DNA from: Candidatus Bathyarchaeia archaeon
GTDB lineage: Archaea; Thermoproteota; Bathyarchaeia; Bathyarchaeales; Bathycorpusculaceae
DNA: 64,000 nucleotides
Direction: 5' to 3'
Assembly (NCBI GenBank): GCA_050012755.1
Contig: JBEKGO010000013.1
Span: forward strand, 1-64,000
Below are positions 40,025 to 50,105 of this stretch, piece by piece. Under the pieces are notes generated by a model that made no database searches, was not told the DNA's origin, and saw nothing but the letters and a program-made list of their open reading frames with translations. The position numbers were made by a program, and so were the translations under genes. How positions within the stretch are numbered: position 1 is the first letter of the stretch; every line of letters begins with the position of its first letter.

Positions 40025-41253
40025 GTTGCCTTTTCTTCAGGCATTTTCGTTTTTCTGAAATAGAACCAGAAGAGTGCGATAGATATGGAGTATAGAATGC
40101 TTGCTAAGAAGAAGGGAAGGGCAAGTAACCCCATGGACATTAGGAAGGCGCCGACAAAAGTGCTTAAAGCGTTGGGCAGCCTCCAAAGCGCAGCGTTAAC
40201 ACCTGAAGCCATTCCCCGTTCATCCTCATCAACCAGTCCCATAATCAGCGACTGAGACAGTGGACTTGCCATGTTCATTAGAAAAGCGCGAACACAGTAA
40301 ACTGAACTGGCAATTATGTAGCTGCCTGATAATGGGGTTGCGAACATGAAAATAGTGGATGCTAATTGTGTAACGACAATAGCTTTCACAAGACCCAACT
40401 TCTTTGCTATGGGCGGACCAGCAAGAGTTGCAACTCCAATGACGATGCTTACCAAACCAAGTATTGGACCACTAACTACGTCTGGAATTCCATATTGCAG
40501 TCTCAGCCAAGCAGTCATTAGGGGCACAACCATGCCTGCACCGAAAGCGATTATGGCGCTGGTTAAGACGTATTTTGCTAGAATGCTTCTAGACTGTTTA
40601 TGAGAAGCCTGCTTTTCGTGATCAACTTCAGGTTTTTTTGGTCTTGTGCTTCGGTCAGATTCTTTGACCTTTAGCAGGATAACTGTTGAAGCAAGACTAA
40701 GAGCAGCAAACGTTACGTAAAGCAAGCCATGGCTTACTTTATTTGAGAAGCCTAAGAATTCAAAAACTACTATTGCGGGTATTGTTAAACTTCCAATGCC
40801 AAACGCCATACTGTTTGCAAATCCGTAGAGCGAAAAAGCGTTGTTTCTATTCTTAATGCCCGCATTTTCAGCTAGCAAGGCGCCGCTGGAGGCTGAGAAA
40901 GCAGCTTCAGAAATGCCCTCGAAAACTGCTGCAACTATGAGTGCGGTTGGGCTTGTGGTGAAGGCGAAAACAGCTATTATTATGCCGGCTATGACGTTTC
41001 CTAAGATGAGCATTTTTTTTCTGCCGTATTTGTCAGCGGCTATTCCCAAAGGTATGCTTGACGCGAAAGTTGCTATGCCCATTGTTGTTATTACTATACC
41101 CATGAAGCTGTAGGAGAGTCCTTGAACAGTGGTTAGGAAATAGGATATGTCGGTGTAGAACATCCCGTATACTAGCGATGGGAATATGGCTTGGATGGTT
41201 AGGAGTTTTGCCTCTTTGGACAAGCCTCGGTAGCTGCTAAACATTATGTCCAC
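40021..41253 (-). CDS. MFS transporter
   Basis: GIAADKYGRKK motif A; about 12 TM. Confidence 0.9.
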   Translation of the reverse strand: MDIMFSSYRGLSKEAKLLTIQAIFPSLVYGMFYTDISYFLTTVQGLSYSFMGIVITTMGIATFASSIPLGIAADKYGRKKMLILGNVIAGIIIAVFAFTTSPTALIVAAVFEGISEAAFSASSGALLAENAGIKNRNNAFSLYGFANSMAFGIGSLTIPAIVVFEFLGFSNKVSHGLLYVTFAALSLASTVILLKVKESDRSTRPKKPEVDHEKQASHKQSRSILAKYVLTSAIIAFGAGMVVPLMTAWLRLQYGIPDVVSGPILGLVSIVIGVATLAGPPIAKKLGLVKAIVVTQLASTIFMFATPLSGSYIIASSVYCVRAFLMNMASPLSQSLIMGLVDEDERGMASGVNAALWRLPNALSTFVGAFLMSMGLLALPFFLASILYSISIALFWFYFRKTKMPEEKAT

Positions 41254-41617
41254 CTGTTCTATTCGTTCTTGATTCGATTTTTTCGGCCAGTTCTTGTTGG
41301 AGCAAGAGCTAGGTCGGAAGTATTAAGCGTTCTATTTTCCCAGTTATGTTTTTAAGAATATTTGTTCAGCCGAAGCCACTTGAATGGATCAAACGCGAAA
41401 ACAAGCGCAAACTCGCTTTTGACAGAAGTTGAGAATAACCAAACCGAATTCACAAAATCTAAAGTGACCGTTTTCAATTGCCTAAATCATGTTCTGTTGA
41501 TTCTTATGGAACTATTTTTTCCTGCTGAGGGCAATTTTTCTTTCTTAAACTCTTTAACAAGAAACTCCCGATACTGAAACGTAAATGGAGTATCAGCATC
41601 CTTGTGCATGCTGTTAA

Positions 41618-41914
41618 TTAATTCTTCATTATCGTCCCAAACAGATTCCGCAATGTCCTCCAGAAATTAAAGACTATGTCTGTTTCTACTAGTTTCATGT
41701 GAACAAGTAAACCGACACCTTCAAAATAGTTACCCAAAAGTTTTAGCGCTGTTTGTTGGGGTTTTCCAGCGTATTTTGTTAGATAATCTTTGTAGTCGGT
41801 ATACTTGTGGAACACACGACACTTATTGTTTGTTGGATATCTTCTTAACCGGTGCGAACCTTTTTTCACAAGAAAACTTGGGTGACCCCCCGGTTCATGA
41901 AAGTATGTTGACAT
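41618..41914 (-). pseudogene. Decayed DUF4760-like gene fragment
   Basis: DYKDYLTKY...GNYFEGVGLLVHMKLVE core with incoherent flanks suggesting frameshifts. Confidence 0.5.
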
Positions 41915-42151
41915 ATGTTGAAAACTCGGAATCTGTACATGAGAAAAATCAAATATCCATTGAATTTGGTTGACCAGTGCATAGCAAATAGGCAGCGTGA
42001 AGAAATTAAGAGGTTAGAAAAGCAATGCCTAAAAATTGATTGATTTTTGCACCCTATTTAGGAAATTGTTGTCTGAATCAGTCCTTCCTTTATTCTCCTT
42101 TGAAAAAGCTCTTAAATGCATTTGAAACATATTCTTTTTGGAGGCTCTTTT

Positions 42152-42874
42152 CTGAAAATCGGCATCTTAGGCGGAACAGGAAGCATGGGCGGAGGACTCT
42201 CTGTCCGTTGGGCACTCAAACATGACGTTATTCTTGGATCAAGATCGCTTGAAAAAGCTATTGAAATCTCTAAAGAACAAGAAAGTGTGGCAAGAGGATT
42301 CTACCAAGCTGAAATGAAGGGAAGCATAGGAGGAGCTCTTAATTGTGATGCTGCCTTGGAATCAGATGTTGTGGTGGTGGCTCTTCCTTGTGCGGGAATC
42401 GTTGGGGTTTTGGGGCAAATTAAGAAATGTTTTAGGGCAGACCAAACGGTGCTGTCCGTTGTTGTACCTATGGAAAAGCACAAAGGACTGTTTAACTATG
42501 TGCCGCTTGCTACAGAGCAAATTGAGCAATATCGAGGCTTGTCTGCGGCTGAAGTTATCCAAAAAATTGTAGCGCCTACTCCTGTGGTTTCAGCATTCCA
42601 AACGGTACCTGCAGCTTACCTCGACAATGTCGATTCAATAATGAACATCGATGTTCTGGTCGCCGGAGACAATCCTAATTCGATTGCGTTGGTTTCTAAC
42701 TTGATTACTGACATATCCAATTTGCGTCCTCTTAGAGTGGGAGCCTTAGCCAATTCCGCGTTGATTGAATCTCTGACACCTTTACTGCTAAATGTTGCAG
42801 TTCTTAATGGGCTAAAGGAGCCTTCAATCCGCATTGTTCCTTGGATCCCAAAATGCTTTGAACAGCAGCCATAG
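42152..42874 (+). CDS. npdG: F420-dependent NADP oxidoreductase (NpdG/Fno family), CTG start
   Basis: KIGILGGTGSMGGGL, GSRSLEKA, SAAE, VVSAFQTVPA, IESLTPLLLN; GGAGG SD precedes CTG at 42152. Confidence 0.85.
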   Translation: MKIGILGGTGSMGGGLSVRWALKHDVILGSRSLEKAIEISKEQESVARGFYQAEMKGSIGGALNCDAALESDVVVVALPCAGIVGVLGQIKKCFRADQTVLSVVVPMEKHKGLFNYVPLATEQIEQYRGLSAAEVIQKIVAPTPVVSAFQTVPAAYLDNVDSIMNIDVLVAGDNPNSIALVSNLITDISNLRPLRVGALANSALIESLTPLLLNVAVLNGLKEPSIRIVPWIPKCFEQQP

Positions 42875-42995
42875 CCAGATTCTCCAGACAGTCAAGGTTC
42901 ACCAGCCATTGGCTCACTTTCGACTAGAAAAATACCTCAAGTAAACATCCATACAATGAGGCACTTTAGCATTCAATTTGAGAAAAAAAAACTAA

Positions 42996-43277
42996 TTACT
43001 TATGTTTTCGATACTCTTTTATCGGCGTTAATGGGATGGTGGTGGTCGCCATTACTCCTTCTATAAGTCGGATTTTGTCTCCTACAAAGTGCAGGGCGTT
43101 CTCGTTTGTGTCAGCTTCAAAGAGGACGGCAAAATCCCATTTTCCAAATACTTGATAAGCTTCCTCAAGCTTAACGCCTTCAGTCGGTGTCTCACTTAAT
43201 TCCATTAAAGGATCATATAGTTTAGCAGCCATATTTGGACTAATTCTAATCATCGCTAAATATTTTTGACACGGCAA
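42996..43277 (-). CDS. Lrp/AsnC ligand-binding-like (GYD-type) small protein
   Basis: YQVFGKWDFAVLFEA...IRLIEGVMATTTI. Confidence 0.7.
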   Translation of the reverse strand: MPCQKYLAMIRISPNMAAKLYDPLMELSETPTEGVKLEEAYQVFGKWDFAVLFEADTNENALHFVGDKIRLIEGVMATTTIPLTPIKEYRKHK

Positions 43278-43423
43278 ATCAAACACCAATAACAATTTAG
43301 TTAACGGGTCTAAAAAATATTGGCTTTTGTCTCGTCTGTGAAAACTGCGTATAAGAGCAATAATAATTTTGAACTTGATTTAAGGACAAGGTTTTACTGT
43401 CAAAAGACGTCTAATATGACGCT

Positions 43424-44080
43424 ATGAGTCCTGCTGGGAAAGTGCGTGCTACAAGGAGGCATCGGCATACTCGAAGATGGATAGTCATCGCTGTTGCCCT
43501 AATTCTTATGGTAACATTATTCACTGTCGCATACCTAAGATACCCAGTTAACAACAAATCGACCAATGATTCAAATGCAGCCGCCAATAATCCGGCTTTT
43601 ACAGCTTTCACTGAACACTATTTAGCGATAATGAAAAGTTTGAACTCGAGCCAAACCAAAGCTGAAATGGCAGCGCAGCTTAACTCAAACTATAATCAAA
43701 CAGACCTTTTTACTTGGCAGAAAAACAAGATGGTTTTTGCTTCAGACACAACAGGCTGGTTTGAAGACCCAATTAAGATTTTGAACAGCGGAGACGGCAT
43801 TTGCGTGCAATGGAGCATTGTCTACGTGTCCGCTTGTCTAGCACTTGGCTACCAGAGCCGACTTGTAGTGGCAGCTGACACTACAAACTGGAATTTCATA
43901 CATACATGGGCTGAAGACTACTTTAACGGAACCTGGGTTCATGTAGATCCATCTGACAGAGTTTGGAACGACCCTTCAAGATATCAAAGCTGGGATTGGG
44001 GTAAATACATTGGGTCAGACGTTAAAATCTACGCATTCGAAGATGGCACGTTCCAAGATGTTACTTCAACCTACAGCTAA
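43424..44080 (+). CDS. Membrane-anchored transglutaminase-like protein
   Basis: Cys-His-Asp triad in GICVQWS, HTWAE, WVHVDPS. Confidence 0.88.
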   Translation: MSPAGKVRATRRHRHTRRWIVIAVALILMVTLFTVAYLRYPVNNKSTNDSNAAANNPAFTAFTEHYLAIMKSLNSSQTKAEMAAQLNSNYNQTDLFTWQKNKMVFASDTTGWFEDPIKILNSGDGICVQWSIVYVSACLALGYQSRLVVAADTTNWNFIHTWAEDYFNGTWVHVDPSDRVWNDPSRYQSWDWGKYIGSDVKIYAFEDGTFQDVTSTYS

Positions 44081-44204
44081 ATTCAAAATTTATACTCATC
44101 GTCTTTGTGTAACTGTTATCTCTCCATTAAAAAAATACCTTGTTAGTCTTTTCAGTCGGACGTTTGAAAGCAAAAGCCAAAATACCACTTGCTAAAAATT
44201 AACT

Positions 44205-45443
44205 GTGATCGTCATGCAGGCTGGAAAAATAGTCAGCAATCGATATTTCTGGGTGCTATGCGTCATGGGAGCTTTTGCCATCCTAAGCAGCACCATGTCA
44301 AAAGACCCCGTGCTCAACCCCTTCGCATTAAGCATTGGAACACCCCAGAACTTGACAGGCATAATCGCAGCCGCCTCCACGATTCCAGGCATAATCGTAA
44401 GCCTTCCAGCAGGTTCACTTTCCGAAAATTTTGGCAGAAGAAAAGTCCTATTATTCTCAGCTTTCATTTTTGCCTCCGCACCCTTCCTATACCTAATCGT
44501 GTCCGAATGGTGGCAGCTTGCCCTCGTACGCTTCTACCATGGCTTCGCTACAGCCATTTTCGTTCCCGTTGCTGAAGCTACAATAGCGGAGCGATACCCT
44601 GCAAAAAGAGGTGAGCGCATATCAGGCTTTAACGCAGCAACCTACGTGGGCCGCGGTGCAGCACCATCCATAGGCGGCGCAATATTGCTTGTAACTAACC
44701 CTGGCTCCCAAATACTTCACAATTTTTCAGTCCTATACTTGGTTGTTGGCGTTGCAGGCGTAACATCATTCATAATTGCTTTACTGTCGCTAAAGGATAT
44801 CAAGAGTATAACTGCCTACCCCGCGAAAACAAAGCTAACAACGCGTCAGTTGCTTCGAGGTTGGCTTGACGTTGCCCGCAACAAAGGCGCTTTAACCATC
44901 AGCTTTGTGCAAGCAATCCAATACTATGTTTTTGGGGTAGTTGAGTTCTATTTTGTACAATACATGACGCAAATTGCTGTTCTAAATGCATTGCAAATCG
45001 GAATAGTTATGACCGCACAGCTTGTATCTTTAATTGTTTCCAGACCATTAATGGGTCGTTTTTCGGACAAAACCAGCAGACGCATACCTATCATAATAGG
45101 CTGTTTCATAAGTGCTGCATTATTATTCGTAATTCCATTTACTACGTCCTTCACCATCTTAATCATTATTTCAATCGGCTACGGCTTAGGTTTTGCCATG
45201 GCAATCTCCTCAACGGCACCAATTATGTGCGAAGCAACCGCCGACACTCCGGTAGGCACATCTATGGGTTTCTTGAGCACAATGATGGATATTGGACAAG
45301 CTATTGGACCCATAATAAGCGGAGTAATCCTTGCCACAGTTTTGCAATATAACGGGCTATTTACCTCTTTGACAGTGCTGCTACTTGCTTCAGCCGGCAT
45401 CTTTTTCTTTTCAGGAATAGCCAAAACACGAACAGAACAATAG
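44205..45443 (+). CDS. MFS transporter
   Basis: GSLSENFGRRK and GRFSDKTSRR motifs; 12 TM. Confidence 0.9.
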   Translation: MIVMQAGKIVSNRYFWVLCVMGAFAILSSTMSKDPVLNPFALSIGTPQNLTGIIAAASTIPGIIVSLPAGSLSENFGRRKVLLFSAFIFASAPFLYLIVSEWWQLALVRFYHGFATAIFVPVAEATIAERYPAKRGERISGFNAATYVGRGAAPSIGGAILLVTNPGSQILHNFSVLYLVVGVAGVTSFIIALLSLKDIKSITAYPAKTKLTTRQLLRGWLDVARNKGALTISFVQAIQYYVFGVVEFYFVQYMTQIAVLNALQIGIVMTAQLVSLIVSRPLMGRFSDKTSRRIPIIIGCFISAALLFVIPFTTSFTILIIISIGYGLGFAMAISSTAPIMCEATADTPVGTSMGFLSTMMDIGQAIGPIISGVILATVLQYNGLFTSLTVLLLASAGIFFFSGIAKTRTEQ

Positions 45444-45511
45444 TTTCCAGAAAAAATAAAAAGTTGAAAGAGGCGTCAAAAATTAAGTTTTTGACATTCA
45501 ACCTAACACAA

Positions 45512-45925
45512 TTAAGATTTTGATTGTTTGTTAAAGTATTTTTTAAGAGGATCCCAATACCATTCTACCCAGCCATCAGCAGTCTCATCCGCCTGCTCTT
45601 CTGGAACATTCGAGTGTACCATGATAAGTTCAGTTCCTTCTGGAACTTTATTGAAACAGAGCTCTAATCTTGAAGGACCATATCCTTGTGGAAAATCAGT
45701 TGAAGACCACTCCTGAACAACACGTTTTCCGTCATCAAGTTCAAGATATTTACCAAAAATGTAACCATCCCAAGCCGTGAACTTACCGCCGACCACTGGT
45801 TTACCTGTGGCTTTGCTCTCTGTGAACGCACTATGTTTTTTAGGATCAGTGTAAGCATCATAGACTTCTTTTGGGGAAGCTGGAATTATCGCTTTTTGTT
45901 TTATAGTTCTACTTTTTGTTTTCAT
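45512..45925 (-). CDS. SRPBCC/AHSA1 domain protein
   Basis: ASPKEVYDA, GGKFTAWDG, VVQEW, GWVEWYWDPLKKYF. Confidence 0.9.
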   Translation of the reverse strand: MKTKSRTIKQKAIIPASPKEVYDAYTDPKKHSAFTESKATGKPVVGGKFTAWDGYIFGKYLELDDGKRVVQEWSSTDFPQGYGPSRLELCFNKVPEGTELIMVHSNVPEEQADETADGWVEWYWDPLKKYFNKQSKS

Positions 45926-46362
45926 AAAAGGTCACTACTAGATTAGTTGTTGGAAGGGTTTTTTAACTTTAACGTTCAATTACAATTGAGCAAAATGGTA
46001 AGATGTACAGTCACAAAGGGTCAGCGAAGGATAGGCAGAACAATACGGAAGCTTGAGGGCAGCGTTGAGCTTAGCTCTAAAGAAACCAAAGCAAAGTTGG
46101 CTGAGAAAAACTATAAACAGAAAGCTCAGGCGTCATTAGGCTTCACTGATGATTCGCCGGTGCAGAATTTGCGTGATTCTTCGAAATGGAAAAAAGATAA
46201 ACGCTGAAGTGCAATCGCCTTCTTGGCGGTAGGTGAGGAGGTACACTATTTGTCTGATGTTTAAATAGAAAACGACAGCCTCGCCGTTTAGGTTATAGTA
46301 GGTAGCGTTTACACCCTTCAAGTTTTTAAAGCTGGAAAATTATTATTTCTTAGTGAAGCTAG

Positions 46363-46722
46363 ATGTCTTTTTCTTTAGATTTAGAAAGTGATTGGAACTT
46401 CAGAGTTTTCGATAAAAGGCTGATCGTCGTGAAAACTAAGAATGAAAACGCACGCAAAGTTGCAGTTTTAGACGTTTTAACAAATTTGACGTTTTCAGTT
46501 GAAGTGACAGACATGATTTCGATGAAAGAGCTTGATGTTGATGGAGAATATTTAGCTAATTTAAGGGTGTACACAGCAAAAGACATTGGAAATGTGGATA
46601 AGGATTTTATTAATTTTTTTGAAGCCTTAGACATTGACCAAAACATTGAAGACTTCATCAAAGCATATTGGATTTACCCAAGCAAAATCCGCTTTGAATT
46701 AACAGAGGTCGAAGAACCTTAG
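46363..46722 (+). CDS. Hypothetical protein
   Basis: ATG start; 119-aa globular ORF convergent on ftsY. Confidence 0.65.
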   Translation: MSFSLDLESDWNFRVFDKRLIVVKTKNENARKVAVLDVLTNLTFSVEVTDMISMKELDVDGEYLANLRVYTAKDIGNVDKDFINFFEALDIDQNIEDFIKAYWIYPSKIRFELTEVEEP

Positions 46723-46724
46723 GT

Positions 46725-47630
46725 TCATCGCAGCACCATATTTACGAATTTTTCGGGGTTAAACAGTTCCAAATCCTTATACGTTTGCCCAACCCCGATG
46801 AACAAAATCGGCTTCTGAGTAACATAAGTTACACTTAAAGCGGACCCGCCTTTCACGTCAGCATCTACCTTAGTCAAAATTGTGGCATCAATACCGACGG
46901 CTTTGTTGAATTCCTCTGCTTGCTGAACGGCGTCGTTGCCTATGAGGGAATCAACAGTTAAAATGGTCAAGTCGGGGCTAATAACGCGTTTGACTTTAAC
47001 AAGCTCATTCATCAAGTTCTGGTTAGTCTGCATTCTTCCTGCAGTATCAATTAAAACAATGTTAATTCCATGGGCTTTAGCATGATTCACCGCGTCATAG
47101 GCTACTGCTGCAGGATCCCCACCATAATTGCTTTTAATGACTCGAATACCTAATCGTTTCCCATGTTCTTCTAACTGCTCTATTGAGCCAGCCCGATAAG
47201 TATCAGCGCCAGCAAGCACAACACTGTAGCCCTTATCACGCAAAAAATGTGCAACCTTAGCAATTGTGGTAGTTTTTCCTGTGCCGTTTATGCCAACAAA
47301 CATTAAAACAAGCGGCTCCTTCTTTTTACGTTTCTCCTCAGCCACCTTCAGCAGATCAATGCTTTTGTTTGTAAGCATGACACCCAAAAGGACTTGTCTG
47401 AGGTTTTCGTCTACGATTTTTCTTCTGTCTTCCAATCGCTTAACCTGAACACCGACCAGGCGTTTTTCAAGGTCATCGCTGATTTTTTCAGCTACAGGAT
47501 AAGCCACATCGTTTTCACAAAGACTCATTTTGAATTCGGATAAAATAGGGTTTAAATTTTCAGTTTTAAGCTCTGTTGTTGTAACCTTGTTTACTAAGCC
47601 TTTAAAACCTGATTTAAGCTTCTCAAACAT
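46725..47630 (-). CDS. ftsY: SRP receptor FtsY
   Basis: GINGTGKTTT, DTYRAG, DTAGR, TKVDADVKGG, GVGQ; ATG at 47630. Confidence 0.96.
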   Translation of the reverse strand: MFEKLKSGFKGLVNKVTTTELKTENLNPILSEFKMSLCENDVAYPVAEKISDDLEKRLVGVQVKRLEDRRKIVDENLRQVLLGVMLTNKSIDLLKVAEEKRKKKEPLVLMFVGINGTGKTTTIAKVAHFLRDKGYSVVLAGADTYRAGSIEQLEEHGKRLGIRVIKSNYGGDPAAVAYDAVNHAKAHGINIVLIDTAGRMQTNQNLMNELVKVKRVISPDLTILTVDSLIGNDAVQQAEEFNKAVGIDATILTKVDADVKGGSALSVTYVTQKPILFIGVGQTYKDLELFNPEKFVNMVLR

Positions 47631-47634
47631 CGCT

Positions 47635-48093
47635 TCAAGGTTTCCCTTCTCTTGCTCCAAGCAGATTTTCAAGCCTACTTCTGCCCGAGTTTATTCTTTC
47701 AGCCACCTGACTAAACTGTTGCTGAGCAGAATTCATAGTTTTTTCCAATTCATCCAACCGTTCTTTCAAAGTTGTCTTTGCGTCCAATAAGGTTTTTTCT
47801 ATGGACACGCCTGAGCCCAATCCAATAATTATCTTGTTTGAATCTGCAAGTTTAACCTTGACGTAAGAGCTTCCGCCGATTGGAACGAAAAGTTCAGCGT
47901 TTTCTTTTTCTTTTTCAATTCCATCAAGCGTCATGTTTGCATAGCCTATATCCGTGATGGCCGCATTAACCATGCTGATGCGTTGCTGCAGGGCTTCTGC
48001 AGTCTGCTCTAGATAACGCATTTCCATGCTGAGTCTGCGAAGTTCTTCTTCTGATTTAGCTCTTTCCGCCAAGTGCTTACGCTCCAGCGACAA
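47635..48093 (-). CDS. pfdA: Prefoldin alpha subunit
   Basis: Coiled coils around LFVPIGGSSYV...IGLGSGVSIEK; conserved synteny. Confidence 0.93.
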   Translation of the reverse strand: MSLERKHLAERAKSEEELRRLSMEMRYLEQTAEALQQRISMVNAAITDIGYANMTLDGIEKEKENAELFVPIGGSSYVKVKLADSNKIIIGLGSGVSIEKTLLDAKTTLKERLDELEKTMNSAQQQFSQVAERINSGRSRLENLLGAREGKP

Positions 48094-48304
48094 TTTTCTT
48101 TAAGATTGGATTTATTATTTGTTCGGCAGAGACTTCTTCAACAGAGCCGATTTTGATGTGGCATCTTTTGACGCGGTGTCTGCTGCCTATTTCAGCGTAA
48201 ACCTTCTCAACTGCATGCTCACTTTTGTCAGCTAACAATTCCCTTACAAAAGGAGTTTTCAGCCTTGGCTTATTGATTTCGCCGGTTACTTTGAAAGCCT
48301 TCAT
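48077..48304 (-). CDS. rplX: 50S ribosomal protein LX (L18Ae/eL20)
   Basis: HAVEKVYAEIGSRHRVKR; synteny with eif6 and pfdA. Confidence 0.92.
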   Translation of the reverse strand: MKAFKVTGEINKPRLKTPFVRELLADKSEHAVEKVYAEIGSRHRVKRCHIKIGSVEEVSAEQIINPILKKIVAGA

Positions 48305-48984
48305 TTTTCATCTTCCTGCACCACATCCAGCGCATTCCCAATAATAAACATCTCGGGTCCAGTTGTCATAGAACCAGCGACAGCAGCATGAGAATTAGCC
48401 AACAGACCTGTTCCAACATAAGGAACCCCACAGTTAATTGTCCCCACATCAACTGGAACTTTGAAAACGCTTTCTAAGATTTTTCTTTCCTCATCTTTCA
48501 GCAACGGATGAGCAAGCACTCCTTTGTTTGTTGCAGTCGCTAAAGAGCCGACATAAGGTAATCCCGCGATTTCTGTAGGCACAACTTCAACCCCTAGAGC
48601 ATCGGAGATTAGTGTGATCTCGTTTGCTTTAAAACGAGGATCAACCACGGCCCCCTTGTCGCTGGCTAAGACCAAATTGCCGTAAGCAGTCTTTTTGGTT
48701 TCCATGATTTTGATGTTTCCATCAAAAACTGATTTGATTTGCGTTAATTCTTCTTGTCGAACATAGTTTGGAAGCAGCATTCCATTCGAGTTTGCGCATA
48801 CCAATGCGCCGCCAAGGACTGAGCCGCCGATGGAGGTGTAGAGAAGTTTGGTTTTTAGCCAATCTGCGTACTCTTGAGCTTTTTCTAGTGGAACCATTCT
48901 TGGGATCATAACTATGTTCTCAGTTGCAAACGCATAGACGCCTATGCTTGCGCTTCCAACTATGCTGGATAAGTAAACAGTCAA
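48301..48984 (-). CDS. eif6: Translation initiation factor 6
   Basis: IGVY, ANSNG, VGS..TATNKGVLAHP, GTINCGVPYVG, TTGPE. Confidence 0.95.
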   Translation of the reverse strand: MTVYLSSIVGSASIGVYAFATENIVMIPRMVPLEKAQEYADWLKTKLLYTSIGGSVLGGALVCANSNGMLLPNYVRQEELTQIKSVFDGNIKIMETKKTAYGNLVLASDKGAVVDPRFKANEITLISDALGVEVVPTEIAGLPYVGSLATATNKGVLAHPLLKDEERKILESVFKVPVDVGTINCGVPYVGTGLLANSHAAVAGSMTTGPEMFIIGNALDVVQEDEK

Positions 48985-49106
48985 GAATTATATCTCCTGA
49001 TGATTAACGTTAATGGCGAATTCTCACACACACTCCTTTTTTTAGATTGCGGTCTTTTTCAAACGATTAAGAAAATTTCTAATTAATCTTTTCTGCTATT
49101 TTGTTG

Positions 49107-49260
49107 TTTGTGTTTTTAGTTGCTTTTTAATCTCAGAGTTTGATTCGTCTGCAGGCTGCGGCTTAAAACGGTTTTAAAAGGTCTAATAAGGTCCAAAAAG
49201 GTGTAAAAAGGTTCCTTGCGGTTCCGCCCGGTTTGCTGCGGCTCCCTGCGGTCCGAAATC
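49107..49260. repeat. Leader-decamer element A (55-bp leader, 10 phased GGY units)
   Basis: Leader 49107-49161; GG every 10 nt from 49160 to 49250. Confidence 0.9.
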
Positions 49261-49293
49261 AGTTATTGATGGTTTTTTGTGTGGTGCTTAATC

Positions 49294-49416
49294 TTTGTGT
49301 TTTGGGTTGTTTTTTTGAAATAGAGCTTAAATCTTTTGCAGGTTGAGTCGGAAAAAGTCTAAAAAAGTCTAAATTCGTCCAAAAAAGTCTAAATAAGTCT
49401 AAAAAAGTCACAACTC
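49294..49416. repeat. Leader-decamer element B (7 phased GTC units)
   Basis: Leader 49294-49348; GTC every 10 nt from 49347 to 49407. Confidence 0.9.
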
Positions 49417-49453
49417 AAAAACAAACAAAACAAATAAAAAAGATAAAACGGAA

Positions 49454-49930
49454 TTATTGAGCTTCAGCTAAGTATACGGTTACCTTGCCGTCTTTGTCTT
49501 TTGCTGCTCGAACCCGAATCTTTCGCGGTGGCTTCTCGATGCCTTTATCCCAGATTTTCTCGTTAACTTCCTGGCTGATAATAAGCTGAGGCAATTCCTC
49601 TTCCTCCTCTTCTTCAGAAACCTTCATTTCCAATTTCATATGTTTAGTTATGAAAATCTTTAGTAGCTGCATTGCACGTGGAGCACGTTTCTTAGGCGGC
49701 CTAACCAAAGCCCTTGAAAGAGGAACAGTGTAGGTTCGTTCTTCAACGATTTCTTCTTCAGCTTTCTTTTTCTTAGTAACTTTCTCTGCTATTTCTTCCG
49801 TCGGCTTCTCTTCAGCAGGTACCTCTTCAGCTGTGACTGCCTCTTCTGCTGGTTCCAGCGCTGGCTCTTCTTCAGTTAAAACTGGTTCTTCTTCAGCTTT
49901 CTTTTGTTCTTCTACAACTTCTTTAGCCAC
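49454..49930 (-). CDS. rpl31e: 50S ribosomal protein L31e with acidic extensions
   Basis: ERTYTVPL...KKRAPRAM...KHMK...VNEKIWDKGIEKPPRKIRVRA. Confidence 0.95.
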   Translation of the reverse strand: MAKEVVEEQKKAEEEPVLTEEEPALEPAEEAVTAEEVPAEEKPTEEIAEKVTKKKKAEEEIVEERTYTVPLSRALVRPPKKRAPRAMQLLKIFITKHMKLEMKVSEEEEEEELPQLIISQEVNEKIWDKGIEKPPRKIRVRAAKDKDGKVTVYLAEAQ

Positions 49931-49942
49931 TCAAAATTACTC

Positions 49943-50101
49943 CTATGCCTTTATTTTTCTAGTCCGCCAGTTACGTCTTTGCTTAGGATTATTTCTAACT
50001 TTGCCATCTGTACGGGCAATCACCCATGTTGGAACAGACGTTGCCTCTTTGCCAGCTTTAGCCAGCCTAAGCTTTTTTGCCGTAGGTTTAACTCTTGCCA
50101 T
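49943..50101 (-). CDS. rpl39e: 50S ribosomal protein L39e (absent from the ORF track)
   Basis: [52 protein letters not shown]. Confidence 0.95.
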   Translation of the reverse strand: MARVKPTAKKLRLAKAGKEATSVPTWVIARTDGKVRNNPKQRRNWRTRKIKA

Positions 50102-50105
50102 ATTT

